DNA from: an uncultured SAR324 cluster bacterium
Lineage (GTDB): Bacteria > SAR324 > NAC60-12
Assembly: GCA_902590435.1 (NCBI GenBank)
Contig: CACIWU010000002.1
Span: 631 to 64,630, forward strand
DNA length: 64,000 nucleotides
Direction: 5' to 3'
Shown here in pieces: positions 47,390-57,477 of the stretch. The position numbers and the translations under genes are program-made. The stretch's first letter is position 1. Every line of letters begins with the position of its first letter. The notes beneath the pieces were generated by a model. The model did no database searches, was not told the DNA's origin, and worked only from the letters and a program-made list of their open reading frames with translations.

Positions 47390-47917
47390 TTATTTTATTA
47401 ACTTTGGAATTTCTTTCCAACTTGAAAAAGGGGTTGCATATTGGTCCATTCCTTTTGTATAGACGTGCCAGTCAGGGTAAAAAACTGAAATCCCTGAATT
47501 ATTGAAGGACTTAATTAATTTCGGTCGATCTTCAAGCATTACGTCCGGCTTTATTTCTTCAATAATAACCCTCTCTTTCAAAAAATCTCCTACACATTGC
47601 AGTGAAGAATAATTAAGCGAATTCAAATTTTCTTTGCGTTTTTTAAATTGTTCTGGCTCCAATGCTGACACAAGATGCAATTCATTATTTTTAGAAAGTA
47701 AGTTTAAGATTTTTTGTGAATGGTCATAAAATTTTAATTTTCTTAAATAATTACCTGCATGGAATTTTTCATATATTGCATCGTTATCAGGGAAATTACT
47801 AATAACTCCGTATAGATTTGGGTTATATGTATAAGGGATGTTTTCTTCCTTAGTGAAATCTATAAAGCCTTGGATGTAATCTAGAATTACACCATCAACA
47901 TCAGAACAAATTTTCAT
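47390..47917 (-). CDS. HAD-superfamily 5'(3')-deoxyribonucleotidase-like (NT5C-like) protein
   Basis: The DxDGV motif at the N-terminus (MKICSDVDGVILDY) and the size fit NT5C-type nucleotidases. Confidence 0.5.
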   Translation of the reverse strand: MKICSDVDGVILDYIQGFIDFTKEENIPYTYNPNLYGVISNFPDNDAIYEKFHAGNYLRKLKFYDHSQKILNLLSKNNELHLVSALEPEQFKKRKENLNSLNYSSLQCVGDFLKERVIIEEIKPDVMLEDRPKLIKSFNNSGISVFYPDWHVYTKGMDQYATPFSSWKEIPKLIK

Positions 47918-47981
47918 ACGAGTTAATTTTTTTAAAAGATTTATTATATTCTGGCAGGAAAATGTAATCAGTTCAAGATTC

Positions 47982-48377
47982 CTAATCTTCTTCTAGTTTA
48001 AGAGAAACTGAATTAATGCAATAACGTAAACCAGTTGGTGCAGGGCCATCTTCAAAAACATGTCCTAAATGAGCATTGCAAATTTTGCAAATTACTTCAG
48101 TCCTTTTCATGGAAAGACTAAGATCTTCCTGGATATTAATGTTATTTTCTCCGATTGAATCGTAAAAACTAGGCCAACCTGATCCCGAATCAAATTTTGT
48201 GTCTGATTTAAACAATGGATTGCCACAGCAAATACATTTATATGTACCTTTTGTTTTAGTGTTAAGATATTTCCCGCTATATGGAGGCTCAGTACCTCTT
48301 TTTATACAAATCTGAAATTGTTCATCAGTAAGAATATCTTTCCATTTCTCATCACTGAAATATTTTTTGTCATTCAT
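47982..48377 (-). CDS. msrB: peptide-methionine (R)-S-oxide reductase
   Basis: Two CxxC Zn pairs (CICCG, CKICN), [14 protein letters not shown]. Confidence 0.95.
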   Translation of the reverse strand: MNDKKYFSDEKWKDILTDEQFQICIKRGTEPPYSGKYLNTKTKGTYKCICCGNPLFKSDTKFDSGSGWPSFYDSIGENNINIQEDLSLSMKRTEVICKICNAHLGHVFEDGPAPTGLRYCINSVSLKLEED

Positions 48378-48653
48378 AAATATCCTATTTTTATCTTTTT
48401 TAAGAAATGTTTTGATTTAATTGCCTTCAACTAAAATCAGATGTCTTGTTTGTGAAATATAAAAGTGTTACAAATATCATGAAACTTGAGATTAAATCAA
48501 TAATAATGCAGAATTAAGTATAATTATATATTTTTTAGACTAAGTTTTTGGAAATTGTGATATATAATTTTTTAGGAGTTCATGATTTATTTTTTTGGTA
48601 TTTGTCTAAGTTTTGAGTTATTTAGTAATTTTTTTAATTATACAGACAACTAA

Positions 48654-50273
48654 TTGAAATTACTTTTACAAACATATCTGAAATTGAATTTGAATAAATT
48701 TAAAATAACGCTGATTAATTTGTTGCTTTTATGTAACTTTTATGGTTTGAATATTCATGCTCAGGAACAATCTTCATTGAGTAATGAAATGGTACAGTTG
48801 TTCAAACAATTGAATTTAAGAACAATTGATGGAAGAGACATGGCAGATGTCTCCTTAAGTTTTGTTCTAAATACGGTAATAGATTATAGTATCACATTAA
48901 AAGCTTCAAAACTAGGGATAACATTAGCAAAGCATGCCTTGATTTCGACTCAGGAAAGTAATAATCCAAGTATTACAAGCAGTTTTGGATATTCTAGTAC
49001 ACCTTCTCTTTCTGCTGCTTCATCGTGTTCTCCGAACGAACTATGTGGTAGTAGTTCTGATACAACTTCTTTTTCTTCGGCATATAGCTTAAAATCTGAT
49101 GAAGGGATTACTTATGGTCTTACTTATTCAGAGCAAAATACAAAATCTACGACTCTTTCTCTTTCTGAAATGGGGGGAGATGTAACTTCAGGAAGTACTG
49201 GTGATCCTCTGAGCAAAACCAGTTTGACGGGATCGGTTTCAATTCCTTTTTTTCAGGACTGGGGAATCGAATACAACGAAATCCCAGTGCGTTTGGCTGA
49301 AATTGGAATCAAAAGAAGTAGTTTAAATTCAAAGCAAACGGAATTATCACTACTCAAGCAGATCGCATCGATTTATTGGGATTTAGTAGGTATTTTAGAA
49401 ACTGTTGAGGTTAAAAAAAAGGCAGTTAAACTTTCGGAAAAACTTTTACGAGACAATAAAGCTCGTTTTAAAGCAGGATTATTAAATGCTACTGAAGTTA
49501 AGGTTATAGAAAATCAATTGATGCGGGATCGCCATAGTTTGCTTTCTGCAAGTTTAGATGCGCTACGTATCGAAGACCAAGTACGTGCAGCTCTTAACAT
49601 AAAAAACTTACCTGTTGGACTTTATCCTGTGGATAGGCCTGTCGATCTGATAGAAATTTCAGAAATTGACTCTGACTTACGAAAAAAAATGTATAAAAAT
49701 GACTCTCAAATTGGCTTGATGCAATCATCATTAGAACAAAACCGTTATCAATTAGAACAAGAACTCAACAAGCAAAAAACCAATCTGGATTTGAATGTTT
49801 CTTATATTTTGAATGGATATAGTAAAAACTTTTTTGGTGGAACCTCAGATTTTAGCAAAAGTAAACTTCATGGTATAAGTGCAACTATGACGTGGAATGT
49901 TCCTTTAGGTAACCAATCAGTTGTTGAAAATATTAAGAGTAAACGATTAGAACAACAACAATTGATAATGCAAATTGAAGATAGGAAATCTCAACTTGAT
50001 CTTAATTTACAGTCACAATTAAGGTCTTTAAGTTTGATAGAAAAAGAAAAACAGAATGCTGCTGCTGTAAGTAAACTATCTAAAGATCAGTTGAAAAATG
50101 AAATTAAGCGCTTTAAATTTGGAAAAAGTACAAGTTATCAAATTTCAAAATTCCAACAGGATGTAGTGGAAGCCGAGCAGCAAGAAATTCTTATACGTAT
50201 TCGTCAAGAAAAGATTAGGTTAGAACTCTTAATTTTAACTGGAGAGTTCAAGGAAAAATATGGAATAAATTGA
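48654..50273 (+). CDS. TolC-family outer membrane efflux protein
   Basis: A TTG start is needed to retain the signal peptide. Two-repeat coiled-coil/OEP pattern. 539 aa. Confidence 0.8.
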   Translation: MKLLLQTYLKLNLNKFKITLINLLLLCNFYGLNIHAQEQSSLSNEMVQLFKQLNLRTIDGRDMADVSLSFVLNTVIDYSITLKASKLGITLAKHALISTQESNNPSITSSFGYSSTPSLSAASSCSPNELCGSSSDTTSFSSAYSLKSDEGITYGLTYSEQNTKSTTLSLSEMGGDVTSGSTGDPLSKTSLTGSVSIPFFQDWGIEYNEIPVRLAEIGIKRSSLNSKQTELSLLKQIASIYWDLVGILETVEVKKKAVKLSEKLLRDNKARFKAGLLNATEVKVIENQLMRDRHSLLSASLDALRIEDQVRAALNIKNLPVGLYPVDRPVDLIEISEIDSDLRKKMYKNDSQIGLMQSSLEQNRYQLEQELNKQKTNLDLNVSYILNGYSKNFFGGTSDFSKSKLHGISATMTWNVPLGNQSVVENIKSKRLEQQQLIMQIEDRKSQLDLNLQSQLRSLSLIEKEKQNAAAVSKLSKDQLKNEIKRFKFGKSTSYQISKFQQDVVEAEQQEILIRIRQEKIRLELLILTGEFKEKYGIN

Positions 50274-50403
50274 AGAGGATTTTTTCTTTATTGTAAAATG
50301 AATCCTATTATGTGGAGGTAGAAGGAACTGGATTTTAATTTTTAAAAAAATATAATCTCTAAGAAAAAGGATTCCAATCTAAAACTGTAACTAAGGAGTT
50401 ATT

Positions 50404-51330
50404 GTGTCCAATATAATGTTATTAAGAAAATTAATTTTTTTTATTTTCATAATTTTACCTATTAATTTAGTTTTTGCTACAAATCCATATAAAACACCAA
50501 TTTCATTGTCAGGCACAATAATGCCAGCAGAGACTTTGAAGATTCAGGCTAGCGCAGGAGGCAGAATAATTGATCTTTATATTGATGAAAATCAACAAGT
50601 TACAAAAGGTCAATTATTGTTGACTCTTAAAAATGATTCTCAGAAACGAAAACTTGAACTAAGTCGTTTACAAATCCAGATTAACGAAAATAATGTTATA
50701 GATAGTAAGACTCAAATTGAAATAAGTACAAATAATGTTGAGGATTTGGAAACCAATTTAAAGGATATAAAGCGAAGATTAAAAGAAGAACAGACTTTGT
50801 TTGAACAAGGCTCATCTACTCGCTCTCAGTTTGATGCATTGCAGCTTCAATATAGCAGAGGCGAAGTATCTTTGAAAAATGCGAGATTGTCTCTGGAAAA
50901 ATCAAAGATTTCTGTGCTCAAGTCACAGCTAACTCTTGAACGTTCAAAACAAGAACTTGCAATGAGCGAGGAGGCTTTGCAAGATACCGAATTAAGAGCT
51001 AAAATTGGTGGAATAATTACTGCAAAATCTTATGAAGAGGGAGAAATGATAAGTCCTGGTGCAGTTCTTTTTCAAATAATTAATGTGAGGGAAGTAGAAA
51101 TTCCAATTTTAGTTGAGGAAGGAGATTTGACAATGATCAGCGAAGGGCAGAAGGTTGTTTTTACAACGCCAAGTTATCGAGATATTGAATTTTCAGGAAT
51201 AGTAGATCGAATTTCATGGTCGGCTGACCCGGAAACAGGAAGATTCCCATTATATGTTAAAGCAAAAAATCCTGGACTTAAGTTAAGAGCCGGAATGAGT
51301 GCAAAAGTCTATTTATTGCGGAAGAATTAA
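50404..51330 (+). CDS. efflux periplasmic adaptor (membrane fusion protein, HlyD/RND-MFP type)
   Basis: Lipoyl-like GRIIDLYIDENQQVTKGQLLLTL, long coiled-coil hairpin, beta-barrel C-terminus ...RAGMSAKVYL. Confidence 0.8.
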   Translation: MSNIMLLRKLIFFIFIILPINLVFATNPYKTPISLSGTIMPAETLKIQASAGGRIIDLYIDENQQVTKGQLLLTLKNDSQKRKLELSRLQIQINENNVIDSKTQIEISTNNVEDLETNLKDIKRRLKEEQTLFEQGSSTRSQFDALQLQYSRGEVSLKNARLSLEKSKISVLKSQLTLERSKQELAMSEEALQDTELRAKIGGIITAKSYEEGEMISPGAVLFQIINVREVEIPILVEEGDLTMISEGQKVVFTTPSYRDIEFSGIVDRISWSADPETGRFPLYVKAKNPGLKLRAGMSAKVYLLRKN

Positions 51331-51342
51331 ATTTGGCAAAGG

Positions 51343-52404
51343 TTAGAGAATTAAATGTTTCCTTATAATTGTAGCTAGCGTTTCAACCCATTCTGGATGG
51401 TTGTTTAGAGACGGCACTAATTGCAGATCTTCTCCTCCGTATTTTATGAAGTTTTTAGATGCTGTTATTCCTATTTCTTCTATTGTTTCTAGGCAATCAG
51501 CTACAAATGAAGGACAAAAAATGGTTACACGTTTCAAACCTTTTTCTGCAAGCTCCTTTAGATGTTGTTCCGTGTAGGGCTGGATCCATTCATCGCGTCC
51601 AAGACGAGATTGAAAACTGACTGACCAATTATCTTCCTTAATCTCCAATTTTTCTGCTATTAATTTTGCAGTATAATGACATTGTGCACTATAACAATAG
51701 CGATTTTCTTTTACGAGGGAATTACAACAAATTAGATTGTTTTTACACCATTTTTTTGAAGGATCACTCTTCTTCAAATGTCTAATAGGTAAGCCATGAA
51801 AACTGAACAGTACATGATCGGGATTATTTTTGATGTAAGGGAGTCCAATTTTCGCCCATGTATCGATAAATAGAGGATTGGAAAAAATTGGAGGAATAAT
51901 CTGGAAGTAAGGCATGTTCCATTTGTGCAAATTTTCTTTGTAAAGATCTTCAATAGCAGAACCATAAGAACTTGAAGCATATTGAGGATAAAGAGGTAAA
52001 ACTATGATTTTGTCACAATCCTTATCACGGAGACCTTCTAGAGCACTTTTTAAAGATGGTTTGCCACATTGCATTCCTAATTCTACATATATATTTTCTC
52101 CTGATAGTTTCTCTTTTAAGTCTTTTTTTAGATTTTTACTATTTACTAAAAGAGGTGAGCCATGTTCCATCCAAATTTCTTTGTAGGCTCGAGCAGATTT
52201 TTTTGGTCTAAATGGTAGAATTAAAAAATTTAATAATATCCAACGTGCTAGAGGATTAATATCAATTACTCGATCAGAAGTTAATAATTGGCGTAAGTAA
52301 ATACGAACATCTTTTGTACTAGGAGAGTCTGGCGTACCGAGGTTTATCAATAAAACACCTGTTTTATTTTTCTGTAATTCTAATTTAGGATTTATTTTTT
52401 TCAA
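51343..52404 (-). CDS. hemH: ferrochelatase
   Basis: GVLLINLGTPDSPS..., LPLYPQYASSS, FSFHGLP. Confidence 0.9.
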   Translation of the reverse strand: MKKINPKLELQKNKTGVLLINLGTPDSPSTKDVRIYLRQLLTSDRVIDINPLARWILLNFLILPFRPKKSARAYKEIWMEHGSPLLVNSKNLKKDLKEKLSGENIYVELGMQCGKPSLKSALEGLRDKDCDKIIVLPLYPQYASSSYGSAIEDLYKENLHKWNMPYFQIIPPIFSNPLFIDTWAKIGLPYIKNNPDHVLFSFHGLPIRHLKKSDPSKKWCKNNLICCNSLVKENRYCYSAQCHYTAKLIAEKLEIKEDNWSVSFQSRLGRDEWIQPYTEQHLKELAEKGLKRVTIFCPSFVADCLETIEEIGITASKNFIKYGGEDLQLVPSLNNHPEWVETLATIIRKHLIL

Positions 52405-52498
52405 ATCTTTATAATTGTTTTTTTTGAATTCAAGTGGGCAAGTAAACTAAAAGAGTTTTAATTCCTTTGTTAAGTTTAAATAATGAGATATTCTTAAT

Positions 52499-53689
52499 TT
52501 AAGTTGTGTAGAAGGCATTTTCTTCAATATAATCTTTTGTAAGATCACATCCCCAAACTGTTTCAGAAAAGCCTCCATTGCCTACCACAACCTCTATAAA
52601 AACTTCATTAAGTTCCAATAATTTCGAGATAGCATCTAAATTAACAGTATTTGAATTTATATTTTTAGCGTTAATATTTTCAACCTTGTCTCCTTTTCCA
52701 AAGTAGATTGATAAATCATCTAAAGATACAGGATAATCAAAAACCTTACCTATAGCCATAACAAATCGTCCCCAATTTGGATCTGCACCATGGATTGCTG
52801 TTTTGATCAATGGTGAATTAATTATTGATTTAGAAATTTTCAAAGCCATTGACTGCGATTTTGCTCCCGAAACAGTTAGCTCGATAAGCTTTGTGGCCCC
52901 TTCTCCATCACAAGCAATTTGTTTAGCTAATTTTATAGCACTTTTTGTAAAAGTTTTTTCAAATAGATCGGTATCAATTGGACCTGCAAGCCCATTTGCA
53001 AGGATTATAACGGAATCACTAGTAGATGTGTCTGAATCAATTGAAATTCGATTGAAGGATTTATTAACAACCCTTTTTAGCATAGATTGAAGTTGTTTAG
53101 AGCTAATTTTTGCATCTGTTACAAAGAAGCTGAGCATGGTTGCCATATTCGGCTCAATCATTCCGGATCCTTTTGCAATTCCAAGTAAAGATGATGTTTC
53201 TAAAGAATCGTAACACCATTTTGGATGTGTATCTGTTGTTAGTATCGCCCGACTAAAATTTTCAATAAATTTTGGCGAGGAACCTATTTTATCGGGAATT
53301 TTATTACATCCCAAACGAATTTTTTCCATAGGTAGGCGCTTACCAATTACACCAGTAGAAAAAGGGAGGACTAAATCATTATCAATCCCCAGTGCTTCAC
53401 CAGTCCAGGAACACATTTTTTCTGCATCCTCAATTCCAGCATTCCCAGTTGCAACATTGGCATTTTTTGAATTAACTACTATAGCTTGAATTTGTCCGTT
53501 TTTAATGTTCTTTTTGCCTACTATAATAGGTGCCCCTGGAAGATTATTTCGAGTAAAAACTCCTGCACATGAGCATTTACATTCAGATGAGATTATTCCA
53601 AAATCCAAGGAATCATCTTTAATGCCTATATTCACTCCTAACCATGAGAATCCTGGGATATTTTTCAATTTGGTATAGTTCATTGCCAT
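52499..53689 (-). CDS. argJ: bifunctional ornithine acetyltransferase / N-acetylglutamate synthase
   Basis: Autoprocessing site region ...PNMATMLSFFVTDA. 396 aa. Confidence 0.9.
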   Translation of the reverse strand: MAMNYTKLKNIPGFSWLGVNIGIKDDSLDFGIISSECKCSCAGVFTRNNLPGAPIIVGKKNIKNGQIQAIVVNSKNANVATGNAGIEDAEKMCSWTGEALGIDNDLVLPFSTGVIGKRLPMEKIRLGCNKIPDKIGSSPKFIENFSRAILTTDTHPKWCYDSLETSSLLGIAKGSGMIEPNMATMLSFFVTDAKISSKQLQSMLKRVVNKSFNRISIDSDTSTSDSVIILANGLAGPIDTDLFEKTFTKSAIKLAKQIACDGEGATKLIELTVSGAKSQSMALKISKSIINSPLIKTAIHGADPNWGRFVMAIGKVFDYPVSLDDLSIYFGKGDKVENINAKNINSNTVNLDAISKLLELNEVFIEVVVGNGGFSETVWGCDLTKDYIEENAFYTT

Positions 53690-53792
53690 ATTTAACTCCT
53701 TGTGTATAATTAGAGCAGTCTGGAATATCTAGTTTACGGTTAGAAAATATAACCGTCAACTTTTATGCTTATAATTTTTTATCTAGTTACTA

Positions 53793-55052
53793 ATGGATAT
53801 TTCGATTCCTGAGGATTTAAGCTTATTAGGAGTTACTCCTAAGGATTTTGAAGAGAAAAAAAATGATTTAGCCAAATCTGAAAAGGTTGAAGTTAAAGAA
53901 AATGATGTCATTTGGGAGCTCTATAATGATTTATTAAAAAAAGCTCTTAATTTTGAGATTTTACAGATGATATACTGGAATATGGCTATTTTTAAGGATA
54001 AACTCGGTCAAAAATCTTTTGAATTTCAACAAAAATCACACCAATCTCGTTTATTGCATCTATTTCATCAAGGTAATACTAAGGTAAAAATAAATGCTAT
54101 AGGTTGTTCTTCTTCTTGCAGAAAACTTCATAACCTAATCATTTCCGTTCCAAATGCGTTAAGGAATTTACCTGTTCCAAATCCTAAGTGTGAATCAATT
54201 TTACATTCATCTAACATGTTTTGTTCTTCAATTTATCAAATTGCAAAAGATAGTGAAGTCGAATCGAAAAAACTATTACCACCTCTTACTAAAATTCCTA
54301 AACTTCCAGAGTTGAATAATTATTCTACTTATTCGACTTCTTATATAGAAGATCTAGGAACTGATAAAACTGACGAACGTTTTTGGAATTGGATTTATTT
54401 GTTAACATTTTTTTTAGGAATCGTATTATTTTTTTATTCACCAATTTCATCTTTAATTCTTATTTTTTGGAGTATTCCTTTCTTCCCTCCACTAATGAAA
54501 CGTTTAAGTAGAGTATTTCCTTTTTTTAAAAAAAAATGGGAACTATTAGGAACACTTGGAATAGGGATCTTAATAGCTATTTTGGCCTGTTTACTTAGTT
54601 TATTATCGGAAAGAAAAATTAATTTCTTTGAGGGAAAAAGTGATCTTCCGTCTTATGAAATTATATTAATTGAGGATATGAGTATAAATACGAGGTCAAG
54701 ATTGAATGTAATTATCACAGCACCAGAAGCTTTAAATTCTAAAGATCGAGCAAAAGTTGTGATGGAAGCGGCTAGAAAAATTCATGCTAAAGAAGTTTAT
54801 GATGATCAAAATAAATTTAAATACGATTATGTTTTTGTGACTTTAGAAGCAAGTAAAAATAATATTGGTCAAGGGTATGTCCTAGCTGAAGCTGAATTTG
54901 CAGCGGACGGGGAAGGATTTTTAGGTCCTTTAAGTAATAGTGAGAACAAATGGAAATGGAATGTTCGTACCTCAAATATTCGAACAAAATCTAATGAAAC
55001 TAAGTCTCTACAAAAAATTAAAGGGACATTGAAGACCTTTTTAATGAGATAA
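53793..55052 (+). CDS. hypothetical membrane protein, co-transcribed with gspF
   Basis: 419 aa. Cytoplasmic N-domain with a Cys cluster (GCSSSC...CESIL...FCSS), 3-4 TM helices, C-terminal soluble domain. 6-nt gap to gspF. Confidence 0.5.
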   Translation: MDISIPEDLSLLGVTPKDFEEKKNDLAKSEKVEVKENDVIWELYNDLLKKALNFEILQMIYWNMAIFKDKLGQKSFEFQQKSHQSRLLHLFHQGNTKVKINAIGCSSSCRKLHNLIISVPNALRNLPVPNPKCESILHSSNMFCSSIYQIAKDSEVESKKLLPPLTKIPKLPELNNYSTYSTSYIEDLGTDKTDERFWNWIYLLTFFLGIVLFFYSPISSLILIFWSIPFFPPLMKRLSRVFPFFKKKWELLGTLGIGILIAILACLLSLLSERKINFFEGKSDLPSYEIILIEDMSINTRSRLNVIITAPEALNSKDRAKVVMEAARKIHAKEVYDDQNKFKYDYVFVTLEASKNNIGQGYVLAEAEFAADGEGFLGPLSNSENKWKWNVRTSNIRTKSNETKSLQKIKGTLKTFLMR

Positions 55053-55058
55053 TTTGAA

Positions 55059-56306
55059 ATGCCTATTTATAAATACGAAGCTTTTGATTCAGAAGGAGTC
55101 TTACAAAAGGGTTCTAAAGATGCTGGTTCTGAATCTGAAGTAAGACAATATCTTCGTAGTAAAGATCTTTTTCCCAAAGAAATTAGAACTAGTCGTTTTA
55201 CTCAAGTAAAAATAGATGGTGGAGAAAAAACTAGAAAAATAAAGCTGCCTAATTTTATCTTTCATAAAACTATATCAATAAAGATACTAACTCAATTCAC
55301 TCGACAATTAGAAGTTTTATTAGATGCAACTATACCTTATGATAAGGCATTTCAACTAATTATTCCCCATACAGAGGACTCTGGTTTCCAAAGTATTTTG
55401 TCAGATGTGCGTGGACGTGTTGTAGAAGGTGGTTCATTGGCGGGGGCGATGGGAATGCATCCCCAAGTTTTTCCAAAAATGTACGTTAGCATGGTTCGTT
55501 CTGGGGAAAATGCAGGAAATTTAGGAACAATTATGAGTCGTCTTGCAAACTACTATGAATCACAAGAACGCCTTCGTTCAAAACTAAAAGGAGCCCTTAT
55601 TTATCCAGCTTTTATGATGGTATTTGGTCTCGCAGTTGTAATATTTATGGTTACTTCTATTGTTCCAAAAATTACTAGTATTTTTGAAAATCAGGCAGTT
55701 GCACTACCTTTGCCTACTCGAATTTTAACTAGTGTAAGCAATTTTGTAGTAGACTATTGGTTTTTGTTAATTTTTGTTATGTTAGGATTTTTTTTAGGCA
55801 TATCATCTTTTTTTCGTACTAAACGTGGAAGAGAATGGAAAGATAAAATGGAGTTAAAATTACCAATACTTAGTAAATTGAGGATCAAAATCATGGTATC
55901 TCGCTATTGTCAGACTCTCGGAACTTTGTTAAAAAGTGGTGTGGATCTAAAAACTTCTCTTGAAATATCGAAGCATGTAGTTGTGAATAAAATTTTTGTT
56001 CAAAAGCTAGATCAAATGATTATAGATGTAAATAATAAGGGCATTCCTCTTTCTGTTGCGATGTCTAGGATCGGCTATTTCCCCGAATACGTTCATCATG
56101 TTGTTACAATTGGTGAGGAAGCTGCTAGGGTAGATGAATTGCTTGAGAAAGTCTCTGATCGTATGCAAGAGGAGGTAAGTTCATTGCTAGAAGCATTGAC
56201 CACACTATTACAGCCAGCTTTGATTTTGGTAATGGGAGGAGTGGTAGGATTTATAGCACTTGCTGTTCTGTTACCAATGCTAAATATGAGCCAGATTCTA
56301 CAATAA
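55059..56306 (+). CDS. gspF: type II secretion / type IV pilus platform protein GspF/PilC family
   Basis: MPIYKYEAFDSEGVLQKGSKDAGSESEVRQYLRSKDLFP... Two T2SF repeats. 3 TM. Confidence 0.85.
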   Translation: MPIYKYEAFDSEGVLQKGSKDAGSESEVRQYLRSKDLFPKEIRTSRFTQVKIDGGEKTRKIKLPNFIFHKTISIKILTQFTRQLEVLLDATIPYDKAFQLIIPHTEDSGFQSILSDVRGRVVEGGSLAGAMGMHPQVFPKMYVSMVRSGENAGNLGTIMSRLANYYESQERLRSKLKGALIYPAFMMVFGLAVVIFMVTSIVPKITSIFENQAVALPLPTRILTSVSNFVVDYWFLLIFVMLGFFLGISSFFRTKRGREWKDKMELKLPILSKLRIKIMVSRYCQTLGTLLKSGVDLKTSLEISKHVVVNKIFVQKLDQMIIDVNNKGIPLSVAMSRIGYFPEYVHHVVTIGEEAARVDELLEKVSDRMQEEVSSLLEALTTLLQPALILVMGGVVGFIALAVLLPMLNMSQILQ

Positions 56307-56372
56307 AAAGGATTAAAAGTAAGCTAAAAATTTCAAAAACATTTATTTAGAGTTATTCTGGTGAGTAATTTC

Positions 56373-57380
56373 CTACAAGTTAGTCCAGATAGGAATTTTT
56401 GGTGAGTTTTTATTTATCACAGAATAAAGAGAACCTTCCTTTTTACCAATACACTCAATTGACCTTCCATAGTAATTAGGTACAGAAAATAAATCTCCCG
56501 AATTTAGTAAAAAACTACCTTTTTGTCCATCCCCAGACCAATCTACTTTCCAGGATCCTCTATAACAAATGAAAACTTCTTTTTCAGGCCTCTTAAATGA
56601 TTTATATCCTCCTCCTGGTTCAGCTTCAAAAATTAATAGTTCAAATCCATCTCCACCCTGAATTTTTGTTTCTTCAGATCCAATCAAACGATTTATTTGA
56701 ATTGAGCCAAATTCTCCAAGTTTTAAAGGGTGAATTGTTAATGGATTTTTGGAACCGGATCTGTATATTCGTTTCTCCATTTCTTCAATTGAGTAATTAT
56801 CATAATTTGCAGCTTTTGAATTACTCATTGGACTAACCGATTTTGCTCCTTTTGGAATGGGTTTTTTATTTTTATCCCATACGCCATAATCTTCAAGCAA
56901 TACTAGTCCATGATCCTCAGCTGCTTTGAATACTTTTGGAGCCCATTCTACTCCACCAGTATCGTCTCCTCCTAGAATTGTAAAGAGGAATCCATATTTT
57001 TCGCCGACATTTTCAAAACCACGAAAACAATGTGTTGGTATTGAGACTACATCTCCTTCAAATAGAGTTGTCCTGTTCTTACCATCCAACCCCCAATATA
57101 TTTCGAAAGTTCCTTCGTGAATCATGAATACTTCTGCCGTAAAGTGGCTATGAAGAGAATTTTTTATGTGAGGTGGCTGACCTGCAGCCCCGATGTTGAA
57201 TCCATGGGGTTCGCGAATATTGATGAACTGTTCTTTATTTTCAGTTACACCCGGCCCAATTATACTAAAGTTATCTTTAAGATGGCTTCCTGGAGTATGG
57301 GCGTCAATAAAGGCACTTTTGCATGGCATCATTTCACTCCTTCGAACTAATCTTTTTTTTATTCCTGAGTGGGTTTTCAT
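56373..57380 (-). CDS. bicupin protein (N-terminal cupin with metal-binding motif)
   Basis: Cupin motif 1 HSHFTAEVFMIHEG (HxHxxxE) and motif 2-like GDVVSIPTHCFRGFEN. The second cupin lacks the His ligands. Confidence 0.7.
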   Translation of the reverse strand: MKTHSGIKKRLVRRSEMMPCKSAFIDAHTPGSHLKDNFSIIGPGVTENKEQFINIREPHGFNIGAAGQPPHIKNSLHSHFTAEVFMIHEGTFEIYWGLDGKNRTTLFEGDVVSIPTHCFRGFENVGEKYGFLFTILGGDDTGGVEWAPKVFKAAEDHGLVLLEDYGVWDKNKKPIPKGAKSVSPMSNSKAANYDNYSIEEMEKRIYRSGSKNPLTIHPLKLGEFGSIQINRLIGSEETKIQGGDGFELLIFEAEPGGGYKSFKRPEKEVFICYRGSWKVDWSGDGQKGSFLLNSGDLFSVPNYYGRSIECIGKKEGSLYSVINKNSPKIPIWTNL

Positions 57381-57477
57381 GGTTAAAACAGATAAGTATT
57401 ATTAATCAAATCGATCAAAAAAATTAACTACTGAATTCTACTGGTTGAATTTATATTAAGTTTTTATTGAAAAGATT

